Source: Vulcanimicrobiota bacterium (GTDB lineage: Bacteria; Vulcanimicrobiota; Vulcanimicrobiia; Eremiobacterales; Eremiobacteraceae). Taken from it: a stretch of 64,000 bases of DNA. The notes beneath the pieces are model-generated. The model did not search any database, was not told where the DNA came from, and saw only the letters and a list, made by a program, of their open reading frames with translations. Numbering within the stretch: the first letter of the stretch is position 1; each line of letters starts with the position of its first letter. The position numbers were made by a program, and so were the translations under genes. Where the stretch lies: assembly GCA_963812135.1 (NCBI GenBank), contig CAWETU010000001.1, positions 160,001-224,000 on the forward strand, given 5' to 3'. Positions 47,862 through 57,690 of this stretch are shown in pieces.

Positions 47862-48848
47862 ACGCACGACTGGCTCGTCATCGCGATCGTGGTGAGCGCG
47901 CTCGCGTTCAATGTGATCGCGGGCATCAACGACGGCGGCAACCTGCTCGCCTCGGCCGCTTCGAGCCGCACGATTCCGGTCGTCATCGCGTTCGTCATCA
48001 TTATCCTCTGCGCGTTCGCCGGACCGCTCGTCTTCGGTACCGCGGTCGCTGCGACGTTGGGTGCGGGCATCGCCGATTACTCGCACGTCGGTCTGCCGTT
48101 CTTGCTGGCGGCCGTCGCCGCATCGCTCATGGTGGTCTTCGTTGCGAACCGCATCGGTTTTCCGACGTCGATGTCGTTAGCGCTCGTCAGCGCGATGGTT
48201 GGATCGCTCGTCGTCGGCGCTGGCCCGCAGACGGTGCACTGGTCCGGCGTGATCAAGGTGGTTGGCAGCGCGTTCGGGTCGGCCTTCGTGGGCTTCCTGA
48301 TGGGCGCGGCCGTGTACGGTGTGCTTCACCTGCTGTTGCGGCCGGTTACGCGCCGGGTCGGCGATCGCATCATGCAGCTGCAGTATGGCACGGTGGCGCT
48401 GCAGGCGCTCGGGTACGGCGCCAACGATGCGGAGAAGATGATGGGTTTCATGGCCGCGGCGGTGTCGGTGCACGCGCCCGGTCAGCCTTTCACCGTGCCA
48501 CTGTGGGCGATCGGGGCTGCCATCGCCGCATTCGCCGTCGGCATGGTGCTGGGCGGCATGCGGGTGGCCAAGACGATCGGCGGCAGGCTGTTCACCATCA
48601 GACCGGAGTACGCGCTCGCATTCCAAGCCGCCGCCGGCATCACCGTGATCGGCGCGTCGCTCGCCGGAGCGCCGCTGAGCACCACCGAAACGACGGCCAG
48701 CGCGATCGTCGGCACGGGCGCGGCGGCTCGTCCGCGCCGCGTCCACTGGCAAGTGGTCGGGCGCCTCGTGAGCGCTTGGTTCATCACAGTGCCCGCCGCG
48801 CTCGCCGCCGGCGCCATCGCTGGAGTCGTGTTGCGGTTGATCCATTGA
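47862..48848 (+). CDS. pit: PiT family inorganic phosphate transporter
   Basis: GINDGGN and GANDAEK signature motifs; best SD (AGGAGGAG) precedes an ACG codon at 47862; first canonical start is GTG 47889. Confidence 0.85.
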   Translation, partial: THDWLVIAIVVSALAFNVIAGINDGGNLLASAASSRTIPVVIAFVIIILCAFAGPLVFGTAVAATLGAGIADYSHVGLPFLLAAVAASLMVVFVANRIGFPTSMSLALVSAMVGSLVVGAGPQTVHWSGVIKVVGSAFGSAFVGFLMGAAVYGVLHLLLRPVTRRVGDRIMQLQYGTVALQALGYGANDAEKMMGFMAAAVSVHAPGQPFTVPLWAIGAAIAAFAVGMVLGGMRVAKTIGGRLFTIRPEYALAFQAAAGITVIGASLAGAPLSTTETTASAIVGTGAAARPRRVHWQVVGRLVSAWFITVPAALAAGAIAGVVLRLIH

Positions 48849-48867
48849 ACGCGAGGGGATTCTCATC

Positions 48868-49488
48868 ATGATGTGGCTATCGGACATCCTCACCGCCCGC
48901 AAGCAGAAGCATTTCTTGCTATTGCACTTGGAGCATTGCGGCTTGTTGCTTCGCGCGGCCCAGACGCTTGAGCGATTCATGCAGAGCCCGACGGCCGATG
49001 CAGCCGACCAAATAGCGCAACTCGCCAAGGAGAGCGACCGCGTGCTCAAGGAGACCATCAGGGCGCTTGCCGACACGTTCGTCACCCCGTTTGACCGTCA
49101 GGACATCTACGGTCTCGCGATCGACATCGACGACATGATAAGCTATCTTGACAGCGCCGCCGGGGAGATAATGCTCTTCAAGGTCGAGCCGACGCCGCAG
49201 ATGGTCGAGATCGCCAAGCTCATGGCCGGCGCGGCGGCAGAGATCAACACGAGCCTTCAATTGATCGAGCGCGAACCGCTCGCGGCCGTCGATCACGCGA
49301 CCCGCGCGAGCGACGCCGAGAATCAGGTCGAGGATATCTATCGTCATGCGCTCGCGGGACTGTTCGAAACCACGGACGTCCAGCGCATCTTCAAGCTGCG
49401 CGAGATCTACCGGCACCTCAGCAACGTCGCCGATCGCGCGGACTCGATCGGCAAGATGTTGGGCAAGATCGCCGTCAAGGTCGCCTGA
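48868..49488 (+). CDS. DUF47 (PhoU-like) phosphate transport regulator
   Basis: TFVTPFDRQDIY.LA..IDD; adjacent to pit. Confidence 0.9.
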   Translation: MMWLSDILTARKQKHFLLLHLEHCGLLLRAAQTLERFMQSPTADAADQIAQLAKESDRVLKETIRALADTFVTPFDRQDIYGLAIDIDDMISYLDSAAGEIMLFKVEPTPQMVEIAKLMAGAAAEINTSLQLIEREPLAAVDHATRASDAENQVEDIYRHALAGLFETTDVQRIFKLREIYRHLSNVADRADSIGKMLGKIAVKVA

Positions 49489-49508
49489 CCGGGCTCAGCG
49501 AGCGGGGA

Positions 49509-50246
49509 TCACACCAACGCGAGCCGGTTGAGCTTGCCGGTGAGCGTTTCGCCGGGTTTGAGATCGATGATCTGCAGTCCGTCGATGTCTGTGGTGAGCG
49601 CGCGTAACTGGTCGGGCGTGCCGGTGAGCACCGGGAATGTCCCATAGTGCATCGGCACGACGATCTTCGTGCCGAGCAGCCGGATCGCATAAGCCCCCTG
49701 GACCGGGTCCATCGTGTACAGGTCGCCGATCGGCAGCAGCGCGATGTCGGGATCGTAGAGCTCGCCGATGATCTTCATGTCGCTGTGCACGCACGTGTCG
49801 CCGGCATGATAGATCTTCACGCCGTTCTCGAACGTGATCACGTAGCCGCACGCCTCGCCGCCGTAGATGACTTGATCGCCGTCTTGGATGCCGCAGCTGT
49901 GCGCCGCGTGCACCATCGTGATCTTCATGCCATCGTGCTCGATCGAGCCGCCCTTGTTCAACCCGATCACCTTGGAGACGCCCTTCTTCCCCAACCACAG
50001 CGCGGTTTCAAAGATCGCGACGCATGTCGCGTTGTGTTTTTTCGCGATGCCGACCGCATCGGCGATGTGGTCACCGTGCCCGTGCGTGATCAGGAGCGTG
50101 TCGACCTTGGCCGGGTTCTTCAGACGCGGCGGACAGGCCGGATTTTGTTCCAGCCACGGGTCGATGATGACATGCTTGCCCGAAGGCGTCTTGAAACTGA
50201 ACGCGGCGTGGCCGCAAAAAGTGATTTCGAGCGATCCGAGATCCAT
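49509..50246 (-). CDS. Metal-dependent hydrolase, MBL fold (UPF0173)
   Basis: IDPW, THGHGDH, YHAGDT, PIGD.YTM, PMHYGTF. Confidence 0.92.
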   Translation of the reverse strand: MDLGSLEITFCGHAAFSFKTPSGKHVIIDPWLEQNPACPPRLKNPAKVDTLLITHGHGDHIADAVGIAKKHNATCVAIFETALWLGKKGVSKVIGLNKGGSIEHDGMKITMVHAAHSCGIQDGDQVIYGGEACGYVITFENGVKIYHAGDTCVHSDMKIIGELYDPDIALLPIGDLYTMDPVQGAYAIRLLGTKIVVPMHYGTFPVLTGTPDQLRALTTDIDGLQIIDLKPGETLTGKLNRLALV

Positions 50247-50336
50247 GATACAGCGTTTTCCTCCGAGGCGGTTGGGGCGGGCCTGCCACCTTCGCCTGCC
50301 CAAGGCGCAACGACTGCCTACAGCGTAGCGGTCGGC

Positions 50337-51068
50337 ATGGCTTTTGAGGCGGAGGCGGGCGACGTCGCACGACGCTTGCGCGCAGCCAAGCGCGCTGCCG
50401 CCTTGTCGGGCGCGGGGATGTCGGTCGAAAGCGGCTTGCCGACGTTCCGCAGCGGCTCAGGCGCGCTTTGGCGCGACCGGGACCCGATGACACTCGCGAC
50501 GCCGGAGGCCTTCGCGCGCGATCCCGCGCTCGTCTGGGAATGGTATCGAGAGCGGCTGCGAGCCCACGCGGCCGCGGCGCCCAATCCAGGCCACCTCGCG
50601 TTGGTTGAATTCGAGCGGCGCGTGCCGTCGTTCACGGTGATCACGCAAAACGTGGACGGCTTGCACCTGCGCGCCGGTTCCACCGACGTCATCGAGATCC
50701 ACGGCAACGTGCGCACGTCGCGCTGCACCGCATGCGGACGCAGCATGACGACACCGCTCGAAGGCGAGGTCCCGCCGCGTTGCGAGTGCGGCGCGCCGCT
50801 GCGCCCGAACGTCGTGTGGTTCGGTGAAGCCCTGCCGGCGGGAGCGTTCGATCGTGCGCGCGAGGCGGCGAGCAGCGCTGAGGTGTTCATCGTCGCCGGC
50901 ACCTCGGCCATCGTCTATCCGGCGGCGGGCTTGGTCGAAGTCGCGCGCCAAGCCGGCGCGTTCGTCGTCGAGGTCAATCCCGATGAGACGCCGGCGAGCG
51001 CGAGCTGCGATCTGTCAGTCCGCGCGCCGTCAGGCGCTTTCTTGCGCCTCGTCGCCGAAGCGCTGTAG
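50337..51068 (+). CDS. cobB: NAD-dependent deacylase (sirtuin)
   Basis: GAG.S.ESG.PTFR, TQNVDGLH, HG, CxxC/CxC, VVWFGE, GTS..VYP. Confidence 0.93.
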   Translation: MAFEAEAGDVARRLRAAKRAAALSGAGMSVESGLPTFRSGSGALWRDRDPMTLATPEAFARDPALVWEWYRERLRAHAAAAPNPGHLALVEFERRVPSFTVITQNVDGLHLRAGSTDVIEIHGNVRTSRCTACGRSMTTPLEGEVPPRCECGAPLRPNVVWFGEALPAGAFDRAREAASSAEVFIVAGTSAIVYPAAGLVEVARQAGAFVVEVNPDETPASASCDLSVRAPSGAFLRLVAEAL

Positions 51069-52223
51069 CGCGAGCCCGACCTCTTCGCGGACCCAGGCGT
51101 CCGGCTCGCGCGCCTGCAGCTCGAGCAGCGCGGCTTTGGCGCGCGCCAGGAGCTCGCCCGCGCAGACCTCGCGGAGCCGGCCGAGCGCCCATGCCGCATG
51201 CCCGCGCACCAGCGCTTTGCGATCGGCGAGCGCTTCGATCAGCGGCTCGACCGCTTGTGGATCGCGCGAGTTGCCGAGCGCCACGGCGGCGTTGCGCTGT
51301 AGTACCGCCTTGCCGCGCCATGCCATCGACGTCGGGCCGAACCACGCGCGGAACTGCGACTTCGTCATTTGCAGGACCGCCGGCAAGTCCATCGCCACGC
51401 CGACGTGCGGCAGTGGGGCGAATTCCTCACGTGCCCTCGCTTTTGCGGCTAGCGACTTGCGTTCGTTGACCGGACACACCGTCTGGCAGTCGTCGCAGCC
51501 CCAGAGACGATTGCCGATCGACGCCCGCAGTTCGCGCGGGATGGGCGATTTCAGTTGGGTCAGATCGGAGATGCAGCGTCTGCCGTCCACTCGGCCATCG
51601 GGTCCGATCGCGCCGGTCGGACAGCGCACGATGCACTCGACGCACTGGCCGCACGACTTCGACAGCGGCTCGTCCGGCGGCAGCTTGAGCGTCGTGATGA
51701 GCTCGCCGAGTAATACCCACGATCCGAACTCACGCGTCAGCACGTTCGCGTTCTTGCCGAACCATCCGATGCCGGCGCGCACCGCTGCCGCGCGGTCCAC
51801 CATCGGCCCGGTGTCGACGCATGGCACGCAGCGCTCGCCGGGAAATGCGTCGACGATGAAGGCCGCGAGCCGGCGCAAGCGATCGCCGATCGTGCGATGG
51901 TAGTCGCGGCCCCACGCGTGAGCGGAGACCGCCCCTTTGAGACCTGGCGCATATGGATCGTGCGGTTCAAACTCGGTCAGATACGACGTCGCCGTGCAGA
52001 TGATCGACTTGGCGCCGGGCAGTGAGCGTTGCGGCTGGCATAAGCGTTCGACGGTCTCATCCGGGTAGGACCAGTTTGCGAGCAATCCATCGGCGACGCG
52101 CTGCTTGAAGACCGGCTCGACATCGGAGAGCGCATCGGCGGTCGTCACGCCGACGATATCGAACCCGATCTCCCTGGCGCGCGCGAGGATGCGCTCTTTC
52201 GGCGATGCCTCGAGCGAGATCAC
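51030..52223 (-). CDS. queG: tRNA epoxyqueuosine(34) reductase
   Basis: GRDYH, VDTGP, GW.GKN, CGQC..C...CPTGA, CIS, GCD.CQ.VCP.N; HEAT-repeat tail. Confidence 0.93.
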   Translation of the reverse strand: MISLEASPKERILARAREIGFDIVGVTTADALSDVEPVFKQRVADGLLANWSYPDETVERLCQPQRSLPGAKSIICTATSYLTEFEPHDPYAPGLKGAVSAHAWGRDYHRTIGDRLRRLAAFIVDAFPGERCVPCVDTGPMVDRAAAVRAGIGWFGKNANVLTREFGSWVLLGELITTLKLPPDEPLSKSCGQCVECIVRCPTGAIGPDGRVDGRRCISDLTQLKSPIPRELRASIGNRLWGCDDCQTVCPVNERKSLAAKARAREEFAPLPHVGVAMDLPAVLQMTKSQFRAWFGPTSMAWRGKAVLQRNAAVALGNSRDPQAVEPLIEALADRKALVRGHAAWALGRLREVCAGELLARAKAALLELQAREPDAWVREEVGLALQRFGDEAQESA

Positions 52224-53017
52224 GTCGTGGCGGTGGCCGCTTGCGGGATGTCGATCGTGCAGGTGCCATGCACCGGCAAGCCGTTGAGCGTCGCAGGCTT
52301 ATAGGTCGATTTGCGCGCCGCGTCGATGGCAGCCGCGTCCAGCACGGCGTCGCCCGACGATTGCACGATGCGCACGCTGAGCACGTCGCCGTCGGGGCCT
52401 ACTTCGACTTCGAGCCGCACGTGGCGGCCGTTGGGAGCGCTTGCGGGGCTGCCGGTCAGCGAAGCGACGGCGAGCACGCGCGGCGGGTTGTCGTCGCCCC
52501 AGACGACCGTGCCCGACACTCTGCTCTTGTCCGCCCCGGTATCCGCCTGCGCGGTCTGGGCGTGCGGCGGCGAGGTGGCCGGGATGACATCGGTCGCGGC
52601 GGCGGCGTCGGGTCCTGCGGTCGGACTCGGGCCGACCTCCGGATGAACGGAAAGCATCGAGGTGCGGCGGGCCGGCGGTCTGATCGCGCGACGAATCGAA
52701 TTCGAGCCGAATTCAAGGTACTTCAGCGGCGCGAGGTTCGCGATCGTACGGCGGAAGATCTTCGGCGGCGGCGTTGGTGTCGGTGTGGGCTTGACCATCG
52801 CGAGCTTGGCGCGCGACAGGGTGATGATCGAAACGCCTTGCTCCGGCGTGTCGGGCGTACGGAACATCGGCGACATCGCCGTGACGGTGGGACCCATGGT
52901 CAGATGCACGGCGAGCGACAAGATGATGAACGACCACAATACGATAAATGCGCGCCGTCGGAATCGCGCGGCGCTGCCGGGAGATGTCGGGATGTAGCCT
53001 GTCTCGGGTTTGCTCAT
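52220..53017 (-). CDS. TonB C-terminal domain protein
   Basis: TM with S...H motif, Pro-rich linker, V...G.V.......SSG...LD.AA..A. Confidence 0.85.
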   Translation of the reverse strand: MSKPETGYIPTSPGSAARFRRRAFIVLWSFIILSLAVHLTMGPTVTAMSPMFRTPDTPEQGVSIITLSRAKLAMVKPTPTPTPPPKIFRRTIANLAPLKYLEFGSNSIRRAIRPPARRTSMLSVHPEVGPSPTAGPDAAAATDVIPATSPPHAQTAQADTGADKSRVSGTVVWGDDNPPRVLAVASLTGSPASAPNGRHVRLEVEVGPDGDVLSVRIVQSSGDAVLDAAAIDAARKSTYKPATLNGLPVHGTCTIDIPQAATATT

Positions 53018-53063
53018 TGCGAACCACCCACGGCGCCCTGGAGGAGCGGAACTTCGCGACCCG

Positions 53064-53855
53064 CTAATTGGCCGCCTTTGGCCGCGCTGCCGCTTGCATG
53101 TCGAGGAGCTCCTGGTACTTCTTCGGCATGCCGGGCTCGTAGGTCAGGAACGAGGGGATGGGGTAACGGATGCCGCCCTTCTGGGTGCCCTCGAGGCCGG
53201 CGATGAGGTCCTCGATCTTGTGCCAGGGCAAGCTGAACGCCATCTCGTCGTCCTGGGCGCCAGCGAAGATACGATCGCCGTTGCAAGGGAGGATGACCTG
53301 GTAGTCGTCCGTCCGCAGCGGCACGACGAGGTGATCCGAACAATCCATCCGGGCTGCGAACGTCGAGGCGATGCGCCCGCCGTCTTTCCACAGGGCGGCA
53401 GCGACCAAGCGCATCACTTGCGCTGCGTTTCCATAAATGATAAGGACGTGCGGCTCGTACTCTGCTCGAGCAAGCGGTCCGAAGACGATCGCATCGATCT
53501 CGCCGGGCGCGAATTTCTCGACCGACGCCTCGCTGCGCGCGCCTGCGGCTTCGTCTTTGGTGTACATGCCGGCGCACAAGTTCCCATCTTCATAATAGGC
53601 GTTGGGCGCGGCAAACCCGGCGACGAGCGCGCCGAGCGGACATTTCATGTCTTCGGCACGCAAGACGGTCGTCCAACCGTACTTGCGCGCGATGCCCCAT
53701 CCTTGGCACACGGTGACATGGCGATCCATGTCCGCAAGCGGCCGCTTGGCTTTGGGCGGCGGCGCCTCGCCGTTTCGCAAGAATCGAACGGCGACCGGGA
53801 AGGTCGTGGGGCGGATGAATTCCTCGAGCTTGGCAGTAGCTGTCGCTGTGTCCAT
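53064..53855 (-). CDS. DUF169 family protein
   Basis: PVAV.F, CQ....AR, C..G....G, CS, PC.G.R, DE motifs. Confidence 0.85.
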   Translation of the reverse strand: MDTATATAKLEEFIRPTTFPVAVRFLRNGEAPPPKAKRPLADMDRHVTVCQGWGIARKYGWTTVLRAEDMKCPLGALVAGFAAPNAYYEDGNLCAGMYTKDEAAGARSEASVEKFAPGEIDAIVFGPLARAEYEPHVLIIYGNAAQVMRLVAAALWKDGGRIASTFAARMDCSDHLVVPLRTDDYQVILPCNGDRIFAGAQDDEMAFSLPWHKIEDLIAGLEGTQKGGIRYPIPSFLTYEPGMPKKYQELLDMQAAARPKAAN

Positions 53856-53894
53856 CGTTGCGCCGCATTCGACTGCCGGCGGCCAGCTTCCGGC

Positions 53895-55244
53895 CTAGTA
53901 TTCGGCGGCGGCGCTCGATCCGACGTCGAAGAACGAGAAGTCTTGCATATCCGTGGGATAGTTGAAGTCCGAAAACGCGTAGGTCAGGCCGTCATACCCG
54001 CGCGACGACGTCCCCTCCGAAAGCCCGCCAACGCGCAACGTCGCGCTCGTGGTCTCCTCGGCCATGAGCCAGTAGCCGCGCGCGATCGTGTAGGTGACGG
54101 TCCAGGGCACGGTTGAGGCGGGCCCCTTTGGGAAGATACCGGCGCTGACGATCTTCCATGGCACGAACGTCTGCGTGTCGACGAGCATTTCGCGCAGCCG
54201 GTATTCGTCGGGGCTCTGGCGGGGCACGAGCTTCAGATGGTAGACCCAACGCACGCGGAATTTCTCGACGCCCACAAGTGTGACGTCGTAATCCTGCTCG
54301 GTGGCCTCGACGCGGCCAAGCGACCGAAGATCGGTCGGCTCGGGCTCCGGCGTCGGCATCAAAGGAAGCGACTCGCCGATCGGCCGCAGGCCGAACGAGT
54401 AGAGCGGCGAGATCTGCGGCACGCCGAAGGGCTCTTCTTGATATCCTTTGGTGTGCGTCGGGAAGGTGAACCCCAAGATCGCGATGTTGGTGCCGTACGG
54501 ATTGTCCGGCTTGCTAGTGCTCTCGATCGGCGTCTTGTGCGTGAGCACGATATCGTCTCTCGAGCGCACGATCGACCGGAACGATTCGAGGAACGGCTTG
54601 CCGCCGGTGTTCGAACGCGCGTGGACGATGAACGAGATGAATGTGGGATAGCGCACGGTGCGCAAGACGTCGCGCGAGCGATCGAAAACGGCCTGACCCA
54701 CCATGGTCGCCGCGGCGCCGGTCGGCGGCAGGTCGGGCGTATCGGCGAAATCGCCGAAGGCGTCGAGCGCGGTGGCGGCCTCGGTGGTGAAGAACCCGAC
54801 ACGTTCGGTGAGCTCCTTCGGGCAGCCGGGCGATTCCATCGTGCGCACGACGAAAATGAGCTCGTATGTGGTCGAGGCCGCTAAGTTCTTAGGTGAAATC
54901 GCGCCGAGGGCCGCCGGCTTGCCGTACAGCGATGTGAATTCGATCCCGCTTAGCGCGTCCGGACGAGAGGACACGTCTTGCGGGCGCAAGTCGAGGGCCT
55001 TGCCCGAGTCTGGGACGAGCCGGACGCGCTCGACCGCGCCGAAGTTGTCGGCATCGGTGGCGACGACCAATCGCGGCGCCTTGAACGGCACGTCGGTCGC
55101 GTCTTCGGCCGGAGCGACGAGGCGGAACAGCGGCTGCGGCACGACGAATGAGGGGTCGCACGTCGCTGCGGCGACCTTCGAGCACACGGCGATAGCGGTG
55201 GCGGCCGCGACACACGCAGCCGCGCTTCGCGCATACGTATTCAG
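53895..55244 (-). CDS. Secreted hypothetical protein (N-terminal Ig-like, C-terminal LolA-like region)
   Basis: 430-aa ORF from GTG 55187; the open frame and signal-peptide-like sequence extend upstream to CTG 55244. Confidence 0.7.
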   Translation of the reverse strand: MNTYARSAAACVAAATAIAVCSKVAAATCDPSFVVPQPLFRLVAPAEDATDVPFKAPRLVVATDADNFGAVERVRLVPDSGKALDLRPQDVSSRPDALSGIEFTSLYGKPAALGAISPKNLAASTTYELIFVVRTMESPGCPKELTERVGFFTTEAATALDAFGDFADTPDLPPTGAAATMVGQAVFDRSRDVLRTVRYPTFISFIVHARSNTGGKPFLESFRSIVRSRDDIVLTHKTPIESTSKPDNPYGTNIAILGFTFPTHTKGYQEEPFGVPQISPLYSFGLRPIGESLPLMPTPEPEPTDLRSLGRVEATEQDYDVTLVGVEKFRVRWVYHLKLVPRQSPDEYRLREMLVDTQTFVPWKIVSAGIFPKGPASTVPWTVTYTIARGYWLMAEETTSATLRVGGLSEGTSSRGYDGLTYAFSDFNYPTDMQDFSFFDVGSSAAAEY

Positions 55245-55271
55245 GTGGCGCTTGGCTCCGTCTACGAAGCG

Positions 55272-56588
55272 TTAGGCGTAGATGCCGCGCGTCTGGTAAC
55301 ACTCGACGACGCGGCGGATCGCCAGCATATACGCCGCTTGGCGCAGCGGCGCTTTGTAGCGCTCGGCCATCTGCCACACTTCGTCGAAGTTCTCGCGCAA
55401 GAGGTCTTTCAGACGCTCGTTGACCTCGCTCTCGCGCCAATAGTAGCCCATGCGGTCCTGTACCCACTCGAAGTACGAGACCGTGACGCCGCCGGCGTTG
55501 GCGAGGATGTCGGGGATGATCGTAACACCCGCATCTGAGAGGATGCTGTGCGCTTCGGGCGTCGTCGGACCGTTCGCTCCCTCGGCGATGAGAAACGCCT
55601 TGATGCGCTTCGCGTTCTTCTCCGTGATCTGGTTCTCGATCGCAGCGGGCACGAGGATGTCGCAATCGAGCTCGAGCAGCTGCGTATTGCTCACCTGATC
55701 GGGGCCGGGGAAGCCTTCGAGGCTGTGCTTGGTGTTCTTCGGATCACCGAGGTAGGCGATCGCAGCGTTCGGATCGATTCCCAGTTTGTTGTGCAATCCG
55801 CAGAACGCATCGCTGATGCCGACGATCACGGCGCCTTGCTCGTGCAGCAGGCGTGCGGTGATCGAACCGACGTTGCCAAACCCTTGGACCACGACGCGCT
55901 GCCCGCGCAGCTCCTTGCCCATCTTCTCGAGCGCCGCCTGGATGCAGATCATGACGCCGCGGCCGGTCGCTTCGACGCGCCCGCGCGACCCGCCGACGCA
56001 CAGCGGCTTGCCGGTGACCACGGCCGGCGTGTGCGCGCGCAGGTGCATGGAGACCGTATCCATCACCCACGCCATCGTCTGCGCGTTGGTGCCGACATCC
56101 GGCGCAGGCACGTCCTTATCGGGGCCGATGACTTCGATGATCTCCGCGGTGTAGCGGCGCGTGAGACGCTCCAGCTCGCCGAGCGACAGCTTCGATGGAT
56201 CGCAGGTCACGCCGCCTTTGCCGCCACCGAACGGGAGGTCGACGACCGCGCACTTCCAGGTCATCCAAAACGCGAGGGCCGTGACTTCGTCCAGCGTCAC
56301 ACCGGGATGGTAGCGGATGCCGCCCTTGGCGGGACCGCGCGCGAAATTATACTGCACGCGATATCCGGTAAACACCTCGAAATCGCCGTTGTCGCGCTGG
56401 AACGGGATGGAGATGATCACCTGGCGCGACGGATGCGTGAGGATACGGCGGATGGTCTTTGGCAGGTCAAGGCGATCGGCAGCTTCATTGAAATATGCGA
56501 TCGCCTCGCCGAATACGCCGGGCTCATGCGCGTAACGCTCTTTGGTCTGAAGACCGGCGGGCTGGCTGTTCTCGACTTTGGTTGCCAT
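55272..56588 (-). CDS. gdhA: Glu/Leu/Phe/Val dehydrogenase (glutamate dehydrogenase)
   Basis: GPAKGGIRYH, GGGKGG, VPAPDVGT, GFGNVG, EGANGP, NAGGV.VSYFEW. Confidence 0.93.
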   Translation of the reverse strand: MATKVENSQPAGLQTKERYAHEPGVFGEAIAYFNEAADRLDLPKTIRRILTHPSRQVIISIPFQRDNGDFEVFTGYRVQYNFARGPAKGGIRYHPGVTLDEVTALAFWMTWKCAVVDLPFGGGKGGVTCDPSKLSLGELERLTRRYTAEIIEVIGPDKDVPAPDVGTNAQTMAWVMDTVSMHLRAHTPAVVTGKPLCVGGSRGRVEATGRGVMICIQAALEKMGKELRGQRVVVQGFGNVGSITARLLHEQGAVIVGISDAFCGLHNKLGIDPNAAIAYLGDPKNTKHSLEGFPGPDQVSNTQLLELDCDILVPAAIENQITEKNAKRIKAFLIAEGANGPTTPEAHSILSDAGVTIIPDILANAGGVTVSYFEWVQDRMGYYWRESEVNERLKDLLRENFDEVWQMAERYKAPLRQAAYMLAIRRVVECYQTRGIYA

Positions 56589-56598
56589 GTTCGATTCC

Positions 56599-57690
56599 TT
56601 ACACGTTGAACCTGAAGTTGACCACGTCGCCCTCTTGCATCACATAGTCGCGGCCCTCGGAGCGCAAGAGGCCTGCTTCGCGGACGGCTGCTAGACTGCG
56701 TAGGCGCGCGAGGTCGTCGTACGACGCGATCTCTGCGCGGATGAACCCGCGCTCGATGTCGCTATGGATCTTGCCGGCGGCCTGCGGAGCTTTGGTGCCG
56801 CGCTCGATGGTCCAGGCGCGCGTCTCTTTTTCGCCGGCGGTGAGAAACGTCATCAGATTGAGAAGCCGGTAGGCGCCGAGGATCAGGCGATCCAGACCGC
56901 TTTGCTCCACTCCCAACTCTTTCGCGTACGCCGACGCTTCATCTGGCGGGAGCGCCGCCAGCTCGGCTTCGAGCTTGGCGCAGACGACGATGCTCTCGGC
57001 CTGCTCCGAAGCCGCTCGAGCTCGCACGGCAGCGACAGGCGCTGAATCGACGTTGAGGTTGGCTTCATCGACGTTCGCGACGTAAAGAATCGGCTTGGCG
57101 GTGAGCAATGTCAGTTCCTTTGAGAGGGACAGCTCGAGCTCATCGCGAGCGATCGCGCGCGCGGGCTTGCCTTCGTTGAGTCCCGCGCTCAACCGCTCAA
57201 GCGCACCGACTTCTGCCGCCAGCTTCGGGTCTGCTTTGGCGCGCGGCCGCGATTTCTCGAGCCGCTTTTCAACCGTCGCGAGATCGGCGAGCGCCAGCTC
57301 GACCGTGATGATGTCGATGTCGCGCAGCGCGTCGGGCTGCTCCTCGACGTGCACGACGTTGCGATCTTCAAAACAACGCACCACCATCGCGATCGCGTCG
57401 ACCTCGCGGATGTGCGACAGGAATGCGTTGCCGAGTCCTTCGCCTTTGGAAGCGCCGCGCACCAAGCCCGCGATGTCGACGAACGTCGTCGTCGACGGCA
57501 CGATCTGCTTGCTCGCGAAGATGTCCGAGAGCACTCCCAAACGCGGATCGGGCACCGGCACAATGCCGACGTTCGGATCGATCGTGCTGAACGGATAGTT
57601 GGCGGCGGCGACGCTGCTGCGCGTGATCGCGTTGAACAACGTCGACTTGCCGACGTTCGGCAGACCGACGATGCCGCAGGCGAGCGACAT
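56599..57690 (-). CDS. ychF: Ribosome-binding ATPase YchF
   Basis: GIVGLPNVGKSTLFN, NYPF.TI.PN, DIAGLV.GAS.GEGLG, TGS tail FRFNV. Confidence 0.97.
   Translation of the reverse strand: MSLACGIVGLPNVGKSTLFNAITRSSVAAANYPFSTIDPNVGIVPVPDPRLGVLSDIFASKQIVPSTTTFVDIAGLVRGASKGEGLGNAFLSHIREVDAIAMVVRCFEDRNVVHVEEQPDALRDIDIITVELALADLATVEKRLEKSRPRAKADPKLAAEVGALERLSAGLNEGKPARAIARDELELSLSKELTLLTAKPILYVANVDEANLNVDSAPVAAVRARAASEQAESIVVCAKLEAELAALPPDEASAYAKELGVEQSGLDRLILGAYRLLNLMTFLTAGEKETRAWTIERGTKAPQAAGKIHSDIERGFIRAEIASYDDLARLRSLAAVREAGLLRSEGRDYVMQEGDVVNFRFNV

Noticed and set aside
51030..51068. 39-bp 3' overlap of convergent cobB and queG
   Set aside because: Short convergent overlaps are common in this compact window (also GNAT/patatin, polX/PHP, mtnP/GMC).
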